Part shown: positions 1 to 9,032 of the stretch, one piece after another
Layout: each line of letters starts with the position of its first letter
How positions within the stretch are numbered: the first letter of the stretch is position 1
Source: Planctomycetota bacterium
GTDB taxonomy: Bacteria; Planctomycetota; GCA-002687715; CAIWVZ01
Length of the DNA stretch: 64,000 nucleotides
NCBI GenBank assembly: GCA_044222185.1
Contig: JBGANV010000001.1
Span: 1,088,001 to 1,152,000 of the forward strand
Direction of reading: 5' to 3'
Translations under genes and position numbers: made by a program
The notes under the pieces: model-generated
The model's input: the letters and a program-made list of their open reading frames with translations, nothing else
The model's database searches: none
Told to the model about the DNA's origin: nothing

Positions 1-1
1 C

Positions 2-2278
2 GATGCGCGACGACTGCTGGAGGTCGAGCTGCGATTCGAGGATTGCCTTCTGGACCTTCGACAGCCCTTCGGTGGACTTGGCGAATCCACGGGCCTGCGC
101 CTCGGCCTCGGCGAAGAACTGCGTGATGCTCGCGATCGCATCCGATGGGAGAAGCCCTGCGGGATTCGACGTGAACGCAGCGTTCGGCGCACCGATGCCG
201 GGGGGACCGCCCGCGTTGCTCGTCAGAGATCCCAGGCGTGGCGGCGGTGGCGGGCCTTGGGTCAGGGTGATCGGCGGAAATATCGGCGTTGGGTTTCCGA
301 CCTGACCACGCCCAGGGACGTACGGCTCGTTCCGCGGAACGGGTTCCGCACGATGAAGAATGGCTTCGCGGAGCGCATCCAGTGCGGCGTTGTTCTCGCT
401 GAGAAGTCTCGCGTTCTCGCCTTGCGGGGCAAACGACACCTGCGAGGCCTGCTGGGACAGGCTCTCGGCTCGCGCCTTGGACGCTGCGACGCCGGCGTTG
501 TCGCCGCTGAGTACGCTCCCGCCTGCATCGAGGTGCGCCTTTACCTTCAGTGCTGATCCAAAGGCTGCGCCAGGTACTCCGCCGGTCGCGAACCCAATCA
601 GCTGCGCGTTGTCGAGCGCAAAGGCCTTCGCCCTCTCGAAGAACTCCTGGATCTTCAGCTCCGCGAACTTCAGCGATCCCTCGGCGCCCGACCGCATGTG
701 GATCCAGAGGTTGTCGACGACCAACGTCGCAGCCTTGAAGACGTCTTCCAGACTCGCGTGCTCGATCAGCGTCTGCACATCACGGAAGGCACCGCCCACG
801 TCGCCGATCGCGCCCGACAGGATCTTGGCCGCGGATGCGGCGTTGTTGGTCGCGAATCTGCCGAGCGATCCGAGCATCCCTTCGACGGCGTCTGCGACCT
901 TGTTGAACGCGGGCGCAAGGGCAGATCCGACCGACTGAAGGAGGTTCGCAGTCGTCGCGTGGAGCTGCGCGAACCGATCGCGAGTGGTCAGAATGTCGAC
1001 GCTCAGGCCGCGAGTAACGCGAGCCGCTTCCTTGTTCACGAGGTTCAGGATGGCCTGTCGCTGCTCTGCGCCGCTCAGCGAGCTGACGGACTTCTCGATC
1101 TCGTCGGCGTAGTCGCCGTAGGCCTCCTTCAGCTTCACCATCAGTCCAAGATCGTCGAGGATCTTCGGAGACTGGCGACCGATACCGAGAGTGAGCCGCT
1201 CGAGTGCTGTGGCAGCGTCGACACCCGTTACCTTCGCCAACGCGCGCGAGGTCTCAGCGAGCTTGGCGAAGTCGTCGACGCTTTCGGCCGCCCCGAGAGC
1301 CGATGCCCGGTTCGCCTGCCTCATCAGCTCGAGGTCGGAAACAGTTCCTCGGGTCGCGTCCCGCAACTTGTCGAGCGCGCCTGCCACGTCCTGACCAGCT
1401 GCTCGCGCGAGTCGCTCGAAGGCGGGCGTGACCTCCTCGGCCTTCGCGAACTGGCCAAGACCGGCGAACGCCAGCCCGACGGCCGCGCCGACCGTCACCT
1501 TGAGCGCGGTGCCCAGCTTGTCACCGACGAACCCCGCGATCGCGCCGCCGGCGTCCGCAAGAGCACTCGCCACGGAGCCAACTACCGAGAATGCGCTGCT
1601 TAGAGCGCCGGCGACGACTGACCCAGCGCCCGCCAAGGTCTTGTAGATGGACCCGATGACCCGCGTTGCGGCCGTAGTCCCGTCCTTCGCGAGGTCGCTG
1701 AACCCGCCGGCGAGGTTGCTCAGGGTCCCGGACACGCTGGATGCGACGCCGGAGCCAACGGAGGCCGTGGCTCGGATGAGGCCCGACGCCGTCGATCCGA
1801 TCGCCGACGGGATCGCGCCGCCGATCAGGCGGCCGGACGTCAAGGCGCCTACGCCGCCGGAGATCGCTCCGCCAACCTGGGAGAGCCCTGGGGCCGCGCT
1901 TCGCAGGGCGGCCGCGGCGGACCGTTGGATTGCAATCCCGACGCGCGCCCACGCTGCCTCAGCCCGACGCGCGGCGGCCTCCATCCCGTGCTGAATCGAA
2001 ACGGAGACGTTGCCGAACCGCTTCTCGGTGGCCTCTGCGATCCGCTGGAGTCGCAGCGCCATCACCGTGATGCCCTGCGCGCCGACCTCGCCGAATCGCT
2101 GCATGCCTCGGACCATGATGTCCGTGAGGCGCGCCTGTCGCTGCAGGAGCTGCTCGACGCGCTGGAGGTTCGCGATCGTTTGCTGGGACGAGGCTGGCGT
2201 AGCGGGTGCCGTCGACCCGCTAGTCGAAGACGCTCCGCCGCCTGACGGACCCTTGATCTCGATCTCCAGCCGCGCCAT
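2..2278 (-). CDS. Tail tape measure protein (partial; 3' end outside window)
   Basis: Not in the ORF track. My translation from ATG 2278 (MARLEIEIKGPSGGG...) stays open to the window edge and is Ala/Gly/Ser-rich. It contains the TMP-type segment ALDKLRDATRGTVSDLELMRQANRA...LGIGRQSPKILDDLGL and follows the tail chaperone. Confidence 0.88.
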   Translation of the reverse strand, partial: MARLEIEIKGPSGGGASSTSGSTAPATPASSQQTIANLQRVEQLLQRQARLTDIMVRGMQRFGEVGAQGITVMALRLQRIAEATEKRFGNVSVSIQHGMEAAARRAEAAWARVGIAIQRSAAAALRSAAPGLSQVGGAISGGVGALTSGRLIGGAIPSAIGSTASGLIRATASVGSGVASSVSGTLSNLAGGFSDLAKDGTTAATRVIGSIYKTLAGAGSVVAGALSSAFSVVGSVASALADAGGAIAGFVGDKLGTALKVTVGAAVGLAFAGLGQFAKAEEVTPAFERLARAAGQDVAGALDKLRDATRGTVSDLELMRQANRASALGAAESVDDFAKLAETSRALAKVTGVDAATALERLTLGIGRQSPKILDDLGLMVKLKEAYGDYADEIEKSVSSLSGAEQRQAILNLVNKEAARVTRGLSVDILTTRDRFAQLHATTANLLQSVGSALAPAFNKVADAVEGMLGSLGRFATNNAASAAKILSGAIGDVGGAFRDVQTLIEHASLEDVFKAATLVVDNLWIHMRSGAEGSLKFAELKIQEFFERAKAFALDNAQLIGFATGGVPGAAFGSALKVKAHLDAGGSVLSGDNAGVAASKARAESLSQQASQVSFAPQGENARLLSENNAALDALREAILHRAEPVPRNEPYVPGRGQVGNPTPIFPPITLTQGPPPPPRLGSLTSNAGGPPGIGAPNAAFTSNPAGLLPSDAIASITQFFAEAEAQARGFAKSTEGLSKVQKAILESQLDLQQSSRI

Positions 2279-2552
2279 CTGCGCCCTCTCTTTCGCCGCC
2301 CGCGATCGCCTGTGCTGGTGAACCTACCAGAGCCCCGCGCGCATGGACGGTCTGAGCGCGGATCACGTACTGCTGTACCGTTCGAAACCAGAGCGCGACG
2401 CGTTCTGACTGATCACGGAGTGCGCCCGGAAATGGGAACTGTCCAGTCCCGACAGCGTGAACGAGTTCCAGCGCGATCGCGAGGCACCGCCGATCGGTAG
2501 GCGCCTCGCTCCCGAAGTAGAGGTGGGCGATTTCCGCCCCGATCAGTTTGGG
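2220..2552 (-). CDS. Tail assembly chaperone C-terminal extension (gpT-like, -1 frameshift product)
   Basis: The -1 frame is entered at slippery CCCAAAC (2546-2552) and reads PKLIGAEIAHLYFGSE... to the stop at 2220. Confidence 0.7.
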   Translation of the reverse strand, partial: PKLIGAEIAHLYFGSEAPTDRRCLAIALELVHAVGTGQFPFPGALRDQSERVALWFRTVQQYVIRAQTVHARGALVGSPAQAIAGGEREGADGAAGDRDQGSVRRRSVFD

Positions 2553-2980
2553 ACGATGGCGTCCGCGGCCGCGAGAACCTCGGAGAAGAACACGGCGGCG
2601 TCGCGCAGAACCAGGATCGGCTTGCCGCGTTGCTGCTTCACCCACGTCTCCCACGTCTTGGGATCGCTGTTGCGCGCCGGCATGCCCGGCACCTCTGATC
2701 GGTCAACGTACGCGCAGAGCAGCCGCGCGGCCGACTCCACTGCGTGTTCACCCCGGGTTCGGCACGACTCCAGCCAATCGGCCAGGCGGTCATACCTCGC
2801 GTCGCGCAGGAAGACCTTTCCGAGACCGAATCCGGAGAGGTCGACGGTTGCCTCCAGCCATGAGGTCCTCTTGAAGTGCGGACGTTTCGCCAGGCCTTCG
2901 ACGATGTGCGGCGGAAGGCCCTTCGTCTCTGAACCTGACTCGACCGCCTGCGCCGCCGCTTCGTTGACTTCTTCGCTCAT
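2543..2980 (-). CDS. Tail assembly chaperone (gpG-like)
   Basis: 145 aa between tail tube and TMP; ends ...IVPN* with an X XXY YYZ heptamer directly before the stop. Confidence 0.8.
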   Translation of the reverse strand: MSEEVNEAAAQAVESGSETKGLPPHIVEGLAKRPHFKRTSWLEATVDLSGFGLGKVFLRDARYDRLADWLESCRTRGEHAVESAARLLCAYVDRSEVPGMPARNSDPKTWETWVKQQRGKPILVLRDAAVFFSEVLAAADAIVPN

Positions 2981-4407
2981 GTGTTGTCGTCGTTGTAGGC
3001 CTTGCGGGACATGATGGACGTCGCCCCGGCCGCGAGGACGACGGTCGCCGTGAAGTTCACGACCTTGGCGAGCCCGGAGTTGCTGGGCTTGCTGGGGGCC
3101 GCGGTGATGCGGGCGAGGTCGCAGCGCAGCTCGAACGCCGTGTTGCGGACCAAGATCGTCTCTGTGCCGCCGTTCATTGCGATGTCGGCCGCGGTGATCG
3201 TGAGCGTCGTCGTGACGATGTTCGTGATGGTGACGACCTGCTGTAGGTTCGCGGTCGGCTGGATCAGGATGATCACGTCACCGATGGCGAAGCCGGTCGC
3301 GGACGCCACGACGATCGACGTGCCCGACGCGGCGAGGTTCGTGGCCGACGTCGACGAGCCGCTCGGACTCGACCCGTACGCCATGATCCGGCACTTGAGC
3401 TTCCGGAGGTCGGAGAGGCGTGACAGGTTCAGGTATGACCCGTCGGACACCTGGAGTTGTCCGGTGATCTCCAGCTTCGGATCGCCGATGAACACCTTCG
3501 TCCACGTCTGATCCAGCTCGGGCGTCGTGCTCGACAGGAACAGCTTCGGTTCGAGAGGCGCCGAGTAGTTCATGCTCAGCGACAAGAGGTCGAGCTTGTC
3601 GCCGGTGTAGGCACCCAGGTTGTTCGAGCTGTCCGCGAGCACCACGTCGACGAAGCAGTTCTTCGTCAGGTAGGGCGATTGGGTCGGGAAGGAATAACCT
3701 GGGTAGTTCTTGGTCGAGGTCCCGCCGGAGGTGTAGGCGCCGTTGCCGGTCGAGCCCGTCAGCGAGAACGTTGTCGAGGTGAGGACGATGATCGTCCACG
3801 TGCCGTTGGCGGCCGTGTTGCCGGCCACGCCTGCGATCGTCACGACGTCGCCCGTCGTGTAACCGTGCGTGGCGCTCGTGATGACGATCGGCGACGCGTT
3901 CGTGGCCGCGCTGATCGCGAGTCCGGACGTCGTGATCTGGTAGTCCGCGTTGATGAAGTGGTCGAGCTGGAAGCTCAATCCCGCGGGGTTCTCTCGGTCG
4001 AACGCGACAGTGAATCCCTGGGCGATCATCCCAGCGAGCTTGCGGCCGATGACCTGCGGCGACCCGCCGAGCGTCACGTTGAAGTACTGCTCAAACGTGT
4101 GGTACGCCGGCAGCCCCGTCGACTGGAGCGCCAGCGCCATGTCGAGCAGGAACTTCGCGTTCTCCGGGTAGATCGGCGTCTTGAACTGCTGTGCCCCGGT
4201 GTTCTTCGAACCGATGAACGGCCCGTACTTCAGCCCGGGGACCGCGTGCTCCGTGGCGATCTCGAACGTGTTGATGTTCACGCCGTCGGGCGTCCCATCT
4301 TCCTCGTTCGGGATGTACACGTAGGTCGACGGAGCCCCGAGTCGATCGGTCGGCGTCGAGTTCACGCCGATGCGGCAGAACACCTGTTTCTTGAGCAGAT
4401 CGGCCAC
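2977..4407 (-). CDS. Major tail tube protein with two inserted Thr/Gly-rich beta domains
   Basis: Position before chaperone/TMP; 476 aa; inserts ISAATNASPIVITSATHG...YTSGGT and GTSIVVASATGFAIGDVI... Confidence 0.75.
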   Translation of the reverse strand: MADLLKKQVFCRIGVNSTPTDRLGAPSTYVYIPNEEDGTPDGVNINTFEIATEHAVPGLKYGPFIGSKNTGAQQFKTPIYPENAKFLLDMALALQSTGLPAYHTFEQYFNVTLGGSPQVIGRKLAGMIAQGFTVAFDRENPAGLSFQLDHFINADYQITTSGLAISAATNASPIVITSATHGYTTGDVVTIAGVAGNTAANGTWTIIVLTSTTFSLTGSTGNGAYTSGGTSTKNYPGYSFPTQSPYLTKNCFVDVVLADSSNNLGAYTGDKLDLLSLSMNYSAPLEPKLFLSSTTPELDQTWTKVFIGDPKLEITGQLQVSDGSYLNLSRLSDLRKLKCRIMAYGSSPSGSSTSATNLAASGTSIVVASATGFAIGDVIILIQPTANLQQVVTITNIVTTTLTITAADIAMNGGTETILVRNTAFELRCDLARITAAPSKPSNSGLAKVVNFTATVVLAAGATSIMSRKAYNDDNT

Positions 4408-4505
4408 GTCCGAACCCTCCCCACGACTCCGGAGCCGCCCGCCCCGGTCCTCTTGCGCGTGAACGCGTCAGGACCTGATCCCCTGCGCGCCCCTCTCTCT
4501 CACCG

Positions 4506-5003
4506 TCACACGATGACGGTGTGCCTTTTTCCTGTCATCTCGATGGACCAGTCCCAGTACCAGAACCGCGGAACGCCCTGCGCGAGCTCCGGGATCGGCT
4601 TCGGACTGTCCGGCTTCCAGTCGTAGGTCTCGATGACGTCCGACTGGAGCCGCGATGTCTGCGCCGCGAACGTCCCGAGAATATCGGAGAGCGTGGCGAA
4701 GGCGCGTTCGATGGGTGCGCGCGTTGGGTTCGGCTGCGTCGCAGCGAACACGAGGCGCCCTTTCAGCTCCAGCTTGTCGCGCACCTGCTGCTCGTTGACC
4801 TGCTTCGATCCGATCGCTGCGTTGAGCGCGTAGATCGCTGGCAAGGCGTCAGCTGGGAACAGCCCCTTCGTTGGGTCGTACGGAAGGAACCGCCCGTCGT
4901 AGCCGCGGAACTCCTTCAGATTGAGGCTTCGGTACGCCGGCTGCTTGTTCAGGTACGTCCAGAACGCGGCCTCCATGTCAGTGAACGGTGTGTCGCTGAT
5001 CAC
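4506..5003 (-). CDS. Putative tail terminator/completion protein
   Basis: 165 aa, GTG start overlapping the upstream stop, directly before the tail tube gene; call is positional. Confidence 0.55.
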   Translation of the reverse strand: MISDTPFTDMEAAFWTYLNKQPAYRSLNLKEFRGYDGRFLPYDPTKGLFPADALPAIYALNAAIGSKQVNEQQVRDKLELKGRLVFAATQPNPTRAPIERAFATLSDILGTFAAQTSRLQSDVIETYDWKPDSPKPIPELAQGVPRFWYWDWSIEMTGKRHTVIV

Positions 5004-5494
5004 GCGGCCACCTTCGCGATGATCTGGTTTCCCAGCCACGATTCGATGGCCTTCTCGATGCTCTGGTCCAGGCTGTCGAGGAACCAGATCGCGGACTCCG
5101 GCAGCCCGTTCGCGATCACCGAGAACGGATCGGCCGCCTTGATCGGCCCGTCATAGTTCTGGGATGGGTCGATCGTCGCGCTCTTCGGTCCGATCTTCGT
5201 GAAGTGGTCAGTGGCGTGGCGGAGCGCGCCGGTCCACTCGAGGTACGGGAAGTCGGGGCGCGCACGCTCGTTCGGCGGGTTGCGGTAGTAGCCGCGACCC
5301 TTCGCGCGAGCCTCGATCGTGCTCTGGGCGTGCTGAAGCCCGATGCGGAAGCGGGAGTCCCAGACCTGCATCTGTGCCTCCGGCAGGATCTCCTCGTTCA
5401 TCAGATCGAAGAACGTCGTCCAGTCCTCGAGCTGGTGCATCACGCCGGCGATGACCGCCTGCGCCGCCTCGGGGGTGTCGACGCGGATCGTCAC
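5000..5494 (-). CDS. Putative neck/virion morphogenesis protein
   Basis: 164 aa in the head-tail joining block; STIEARAK...LEWTGALRH resembles virion morphogenesis proteins. Confidence 0.5.
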   Translation of the reverse strand: MTIRVDTPEAAQAVIAGVMHQLEDWTTFFDLMNEEILPEAQMQVWDSRFRIGLQHAQSTIEARAKGRGYYRNPPNERARPDFPYLEWTGALRHATDHFTKIGPKSATIDPSQNYDGPIKAADPFSVIANGLPESAIWFLDSLDQSIEKAIESWLGNQIIAKVAA

Positions 5495-5895
5495 CGCTCG
5501 ATCCTCACGAACATGGAGCTGGCTTCGAGCGGATCTCGGGGCGGGAGCTTCTCGCCGTCAGCGCCGACGATCCAGCCACGGCCGATGATCTTCGCGATGC
5601 GCTCGGTTGCCTCGTTCTCCAGGCGTCTCGGCAGCTGAAGCCCATCGCCGCGATCCGGGTTCGTCTCGCCGAACACGATTCGCAGGTACCGGGCGCTCGC
5701 GAGACGCAGAGCGATGTGGCGGACCTCCGGCGGCGTCGAATCAGGTGACCAAAACGATCGGTCCCACTTCTCGAACTCGCCGTCGATGACGGTGTCCGAC
5801 TCTTCCTCGCAGATCCGAGCGGTTTCGTCGTCGAGTTCGGCGACGGACGCCAGGTAGCCGACGCCCGCCTCAAGCTGGCAGTACTTCCCCGCCAT
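5491..5895 (-). CDS. Putative head-tail connector/adaptor
   Basis: Start MAGKYCQ at 5895 (TGATG overlap); IDGEF...TPPEVRHIALRLASARYL is typical of head-tail adaptors. Confidence 0.6.
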   Translation of the reverse strand: MAGKYCQLEAGVGYLASVAELDDETARICEEESDTVIDGEFEKWDRSFWSPDSTPPEVRHIALRLASARYLRIVFGETNPDRGDGLQLPRRLENEATERIAKIIGRGWIVGADGEKLPPRDPLEASSMFVRIER

Positions 5896-6167
5896 CAGGA
5901 CCTCTCGTGCGCGATCCAGTAGACCGTGCGACGCGTGTTCACGTACTGCGAACCGGTGACGGTGAGCGTGAAGCCCGAGTAGGTCACGCTGGTGGCCGCG
6001 TACGTGGCGCCTGCGGACACGTCGGCGCCGTCCTCGACCACCATCATTTGGGGCACGTCGTTGAATGCCTCTTCGAACGTGATGCCGAGGGACGCGTGCC
6101 CACTGCCGTCGAAGATCAGGACGGACTTCCGGTACTCGATCAGTTTGGAGTCGATGCCGCGGCTCAC
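5895..6167 (-). CDS. Small beta-rich protein, H-type-lectin/fibre-tip-like fold
   Basis: 90 aa, GTG start 6167; pattern ITFEEAFNDVPQMMV...SGFTLTV...VYWIA. Confidence 0.5.
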   Translation of the reverse strand: MSRGIDSKLIEYRKSVLIFDGSGHASLGITFEEAFNDVPQMMVVEDGADVSAGATYAATSVTYSGFTLTVTGSQYVNTRRTVYWIAHERS

Positions 6168-7240
6168 TTGCCCCCTCCGTCGAGCCACCTGCGCCTGAGT
6201 TTCTCGCCATGGGCCTCCGCCGCTGCGCGGTAGATCAGAGGCACGGCGATCAGGTAGCTCACGTCGCCGAATCCGAGGCCAAGCGTATCCCACGCGCTGG
6301 ACGAGACGCGGCCGGCGTTCGCACGGGACTGAATGGCCAGCCAGTCGTTCATCTCGCGGACGCGCCACAGCTCTGGTCCGAGGATCCCGGTCGGGTCGAT
6401 CTTGCCGAGGTGCCGCTCGGGGACATCGAGCCGGAACGCGCTGACGCCGGCGTCGGTCGCCTCGGAAACGGTGCGCCGGCGGTGCACGCCACGGATGTGT
6501 GCAGCGATCGACAGTCGCATGTTGCCGCGGTGGGTGCGCCAGCCTTCATCCGTTGCGTCGGCGGGCGCCCGCGTCCGCCGGCGATCCCCGACGCCGAGCA
6601 GGAAGTCCAGCGCATCGTCGGGCCTGTTGAATCGCCCGGTGACGCGAACGAGCGTCTCGGTCACGCGGCGGCCATCGAAGGCGATGTGCCGCAGGATGTT
6701 CAGCGTCTGGTCTTCGACCGCTTCGAGGAAGTCCGCGTCTTCGCGGCGCTTCGCTGGCGGCTGCTCGGGCGCAGCGGTACGGCCACCAGATCCTCCATTT
6801 CGAACACGCGCATCGGGCCGACTGTCAGGCCGTGATTCGTCCCTTTCCACGATCTTGCGGCCGCGCTTCCATGCCTCGTCGAAGATCTTGATGGCGTCGC
6901 GGACTGCGTCGGGGGCGATCGCACTGGGGACCCCGGACGCGACGGCAGCGGTAGCCACCGCGGGTCCCTGACCTGTGAGCGCGCGAGACGTGCCTCGCAC
7001 CCACTGCTCGACCGCAGTTCGAACGTGAGCCCGAAAGCGCAGTACTTCGTCACGATAACGGTGGTCGATGAATCCGGCGGCATTGGTGGGCAGCGAGGCT
7101 ACACGACGCGCGAGCTTCCGCCGCAGCCCAGACTCCCAAAACAGCAGGAGGGCGAGGGCCGCGAGCCACGTGCGCTCGCTGTGCCCATCGACCTCCTCAA
7201 CGCCGTCGATCTGGGTCCGCCAGTAGTCCTGCCACGCCAT
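6164..7240 (-). CDS. Phage head-module protein (possible minor capsid protein)
   Basis: 358-aa ORF with RBS (GGAGG), coupled to the downstream gene; function is positional only. Confidence 0.5.
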   Translation of the reverse strand: MAWQDYWRTQIDGVEEVDGHSERTWLAALALLLFWESGLRRKLARRVASLPTNAAGFIDHRYRDEVLRFRAHVRTAVEQWVRGTSRALTGQGPAVATAAVASGVPSAIAPDAVRDAIKIFDEAWKRGRKIVERDESRPDSRPDARVRNGGSGGRTAAPEQPPAKRREDADFLEAVEDQTLNILRHIAFDGRRVTETLVRVTGRFNRPDDALDFLLGVGDRRRTRAPADATDEGWRTHRGNMRLSIAAHIRGVHRRRTVSEATDAGVSAFRLDVPERHLGKIDPTGILGPELWRVREMNDWLAIQSRANAGRVSSSAWDTLGLGFGDVSYLIAVPLIYRAAAEAHGEKLRRRWLDGGGK

Positions 7241-7255
7241 GGGCGCGGCCTCCGA

Positions 7256-7708
7256 TCAGCTCGGTTCGCCCTGGAGATCCGGGAGCGGGTTGCCGTTGTA
7301 GGTCAGCTCGCGGTGATTCGGCGGCGGCTCGCTGTCGATGACGCCGGCGGCGAATGCGACGCGCGCGACCTCGATCGGGACGTACCGGCGTTCGCCTCGC
7401 TTGCACCAGTACGCGACGCCGTTGATCCGGGCGAGGAGGACGTAGTCGCTGTCCTGCTTCCCCTTCTGCTTCGGCTTCACATACACGGGGAACTGCTGGC
7501 CTTCGCCGAGCGAGTGGGCCGTGTGCTGGTCGGGCTCGGTCTTTGGGTCCGGGATGCGGACACCCTCGCGTTTGGCCGCGCGGTCACGCAGCTTCGCGTT
7601 GGCCGCAAGGTCCAACGGATCCATGGCGACGGTCTTCGACTCGGGCGCCTCGACCTGATCTTTCGACGCAGGGTCCACAACCTCGGCGTCTTTGCTCTGC
7701 TTGGCCAT
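7256..7708 (-). CDS. Hypothetical protein downstream of major capsid
   Basis: Good RBS; INGVAYWCKRGERRYVPIEVA resembles small proteins that follow N4-gp56-type capsids. Confidence 0.65.
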   Translation of the reverse strand: MAKQSKDAEVVDPASKDQVEAPESKTVAMDPLDLAANAKLRDRAAKREGVRIPDPKTEPDQHTAHSLGEGQQFPVYVKPKQKGKQDSDYVLLARINGVAYWCKRGERRYVPIEVARVAFAAGVIDSEPPPNHRELTYNGNPLPDLQGEPS

Positions 7709-7733
7709 GTCCTCTTCCCTCTCTCACGCACAG

Positions 7734-7757
7734 GGCCGGAGCCCGAAGGCCCCGGCC
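7734..7757 (-). terminator. GC-rich cUUCGg hairpin after the major capsid gene (no U-tract; weak terminator or stabiliser)
   Basis: Minus strand reads GGCCGG-G-GCC-TTCG-GGC-T-CCGGCC. Confidence 0.5.
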
Positions 7758-7779
7758 GGTGCTACGCCTGAAGCGGCGC

Positions 7780-8991
7780 TCACGCCGCGTAGAACTCGTA
7801 TCGCTCGAGCTGGTCCTGGTCGATGACCTTGGCCACGAAGTAGGCCTTCCAGCCGAGGTGCCCCTTCTGGCCCAGCTTGTCAGCCGAGTCGGGGGTGTTG
7901 ATGTTCCGCACCATCGCCGTGACGGACTGACCCTTCAGCTTCGTCACGCCGAACGCGCGCTGACCGAACACCGGCATGATCTGCACGGTGTTGGTCGTGA
8001 ACGTGCCGCCCGACGTGTAGGCCGCGTTGCCGGCGCGACCCGTCGTCAGGGTCGAGTCGGTGTAGAGCGCGAAGGTCGTCGACGACAGCTGGTCGACGTA
8101 GTACGTCCCGTTCGCGTTCGTGTTGCCGCCGACACCCGAGATGGTGACGACGTCGCCGTCGACCAGGCCGTGGGCCGCCGAGGTCGTGATCACGATCGGC
8201 GTGGCGTTCGTGGCGCCCGTGATCGTGCCCGTTACCGGCGTCGACACGTAGCCGGTCGTCGACATCACGAACCGGATCGAGTCGTACTTGCCCACCTCGT
8301 TCGGGAACGTGGCGTTCCCGGCCTGGTAGGAGTCGACCTTCTGAACGCCGGTCGTGCCCTTGATGTTCTCCCACATCTGCGGGGTGACGAACGCGATGTA
8401 GGCCGGCAGGCCCACCACCGTTCCGACACCCGTCGACGGGTTGATGAAGCTCGTGACGTAGGGCACGTGCCGCGACTGGAGGTTGCGGATCACCCGGTCC
8501 AGCTTCGTCGTGGAGAACGTCATGGCCGACGTGATCTGGTTGCGAGCCGTCGCCGTGCTCGCGTAGGTCACGTTCGTGCCGGCGAGGACCACCGCCTGGA
8601 TCAGCGCGTCGAACGTCAGGGCCGCTTGGCGCCCCTGGAGCTCGAGCGTCTGGATCGCGTACGGGTCCGGCCCGGTGTCGAGCAGCTTGTCGGTGAACTC
8701 GACGAAGTCGCCGTACTGCCCGATCGTGGCGGTCACTTCGGTGAGCGTCAGGTTCGAGCCCGAGGGCGGCGAACCTTCCGTCAGCGCGGTCGTGGCGGCC
8801 GACAGCTTGCCGAACTGGCGCCAGCTGATCGTCTGCCCCGACTGGCTCGGGATGTCGCGGCCTTCGACCGCGAACGCCCGCAGCCCCAGCCACTGGTGGA
8901 GCGTGTCGATCAGCGTGTCGCTGTAGAACGTGCGGGTGGCAGTCGTGATCTGGTTCAGACCACCACCGGAACCGATGGATTGAGCAGCCAT
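7780..8991 (-). CDS. Major capsid protein, N4-gp56 family, with inserted decoration domain
   Basis: TISWRQFGKL...ALTEGSPP...TEVTATIGQYGDFVEFTD and C-terminal DKLGQKGHLGWKA motifs. Confidence 0.9.
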   Translation of the reverse strand: MAAQSIGSGGGLNQITTATRTFYSDTLIDTLHQWLGLRAFAVEGRDIPSQSGQTISWRQFGKLSAATTALTEGSPPSGSNLTLTEVTATIGQYGDFVEFTDKLLDTGPDPYAIQTLELQGRQAALTFDALIQAVVLAGTNVTYASTATARNQITSAMTFSTTKLDRVIRNLQSRHVPYVTSFINPSTGVGTVVGLPAYIAFVTPQMWENIKGTTGVQKVDSYQAGNATFPNEVGKYDSIRFVMSTTGYVSTPVTGTITGATNATPIVITTSAAHGLVDGDVVTISGVGGNTNANGTYYVDQLSSTTFALYTDSTLTTGRAGNAAYTSGGTFTTNTVQIMPVFGQRAFGVTKLKGQSVTAMVRNINTPDSADKLGQKGHLGWKAYFVAKVIDQDQLERYEFYAA

Positions 8992-9032
8992 TTAGGCTCT
9001 CCGAGCCCCCTGCCTGAAATCTGCGAGCCGCG

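Noticed and set aside
3715-8226. Duplicated domain as a DGR template/variable repeat pair
   Set aside because: Both copies are in-frame coding, differences are not adenine-specific, and no reverse transcriptase is in the window.
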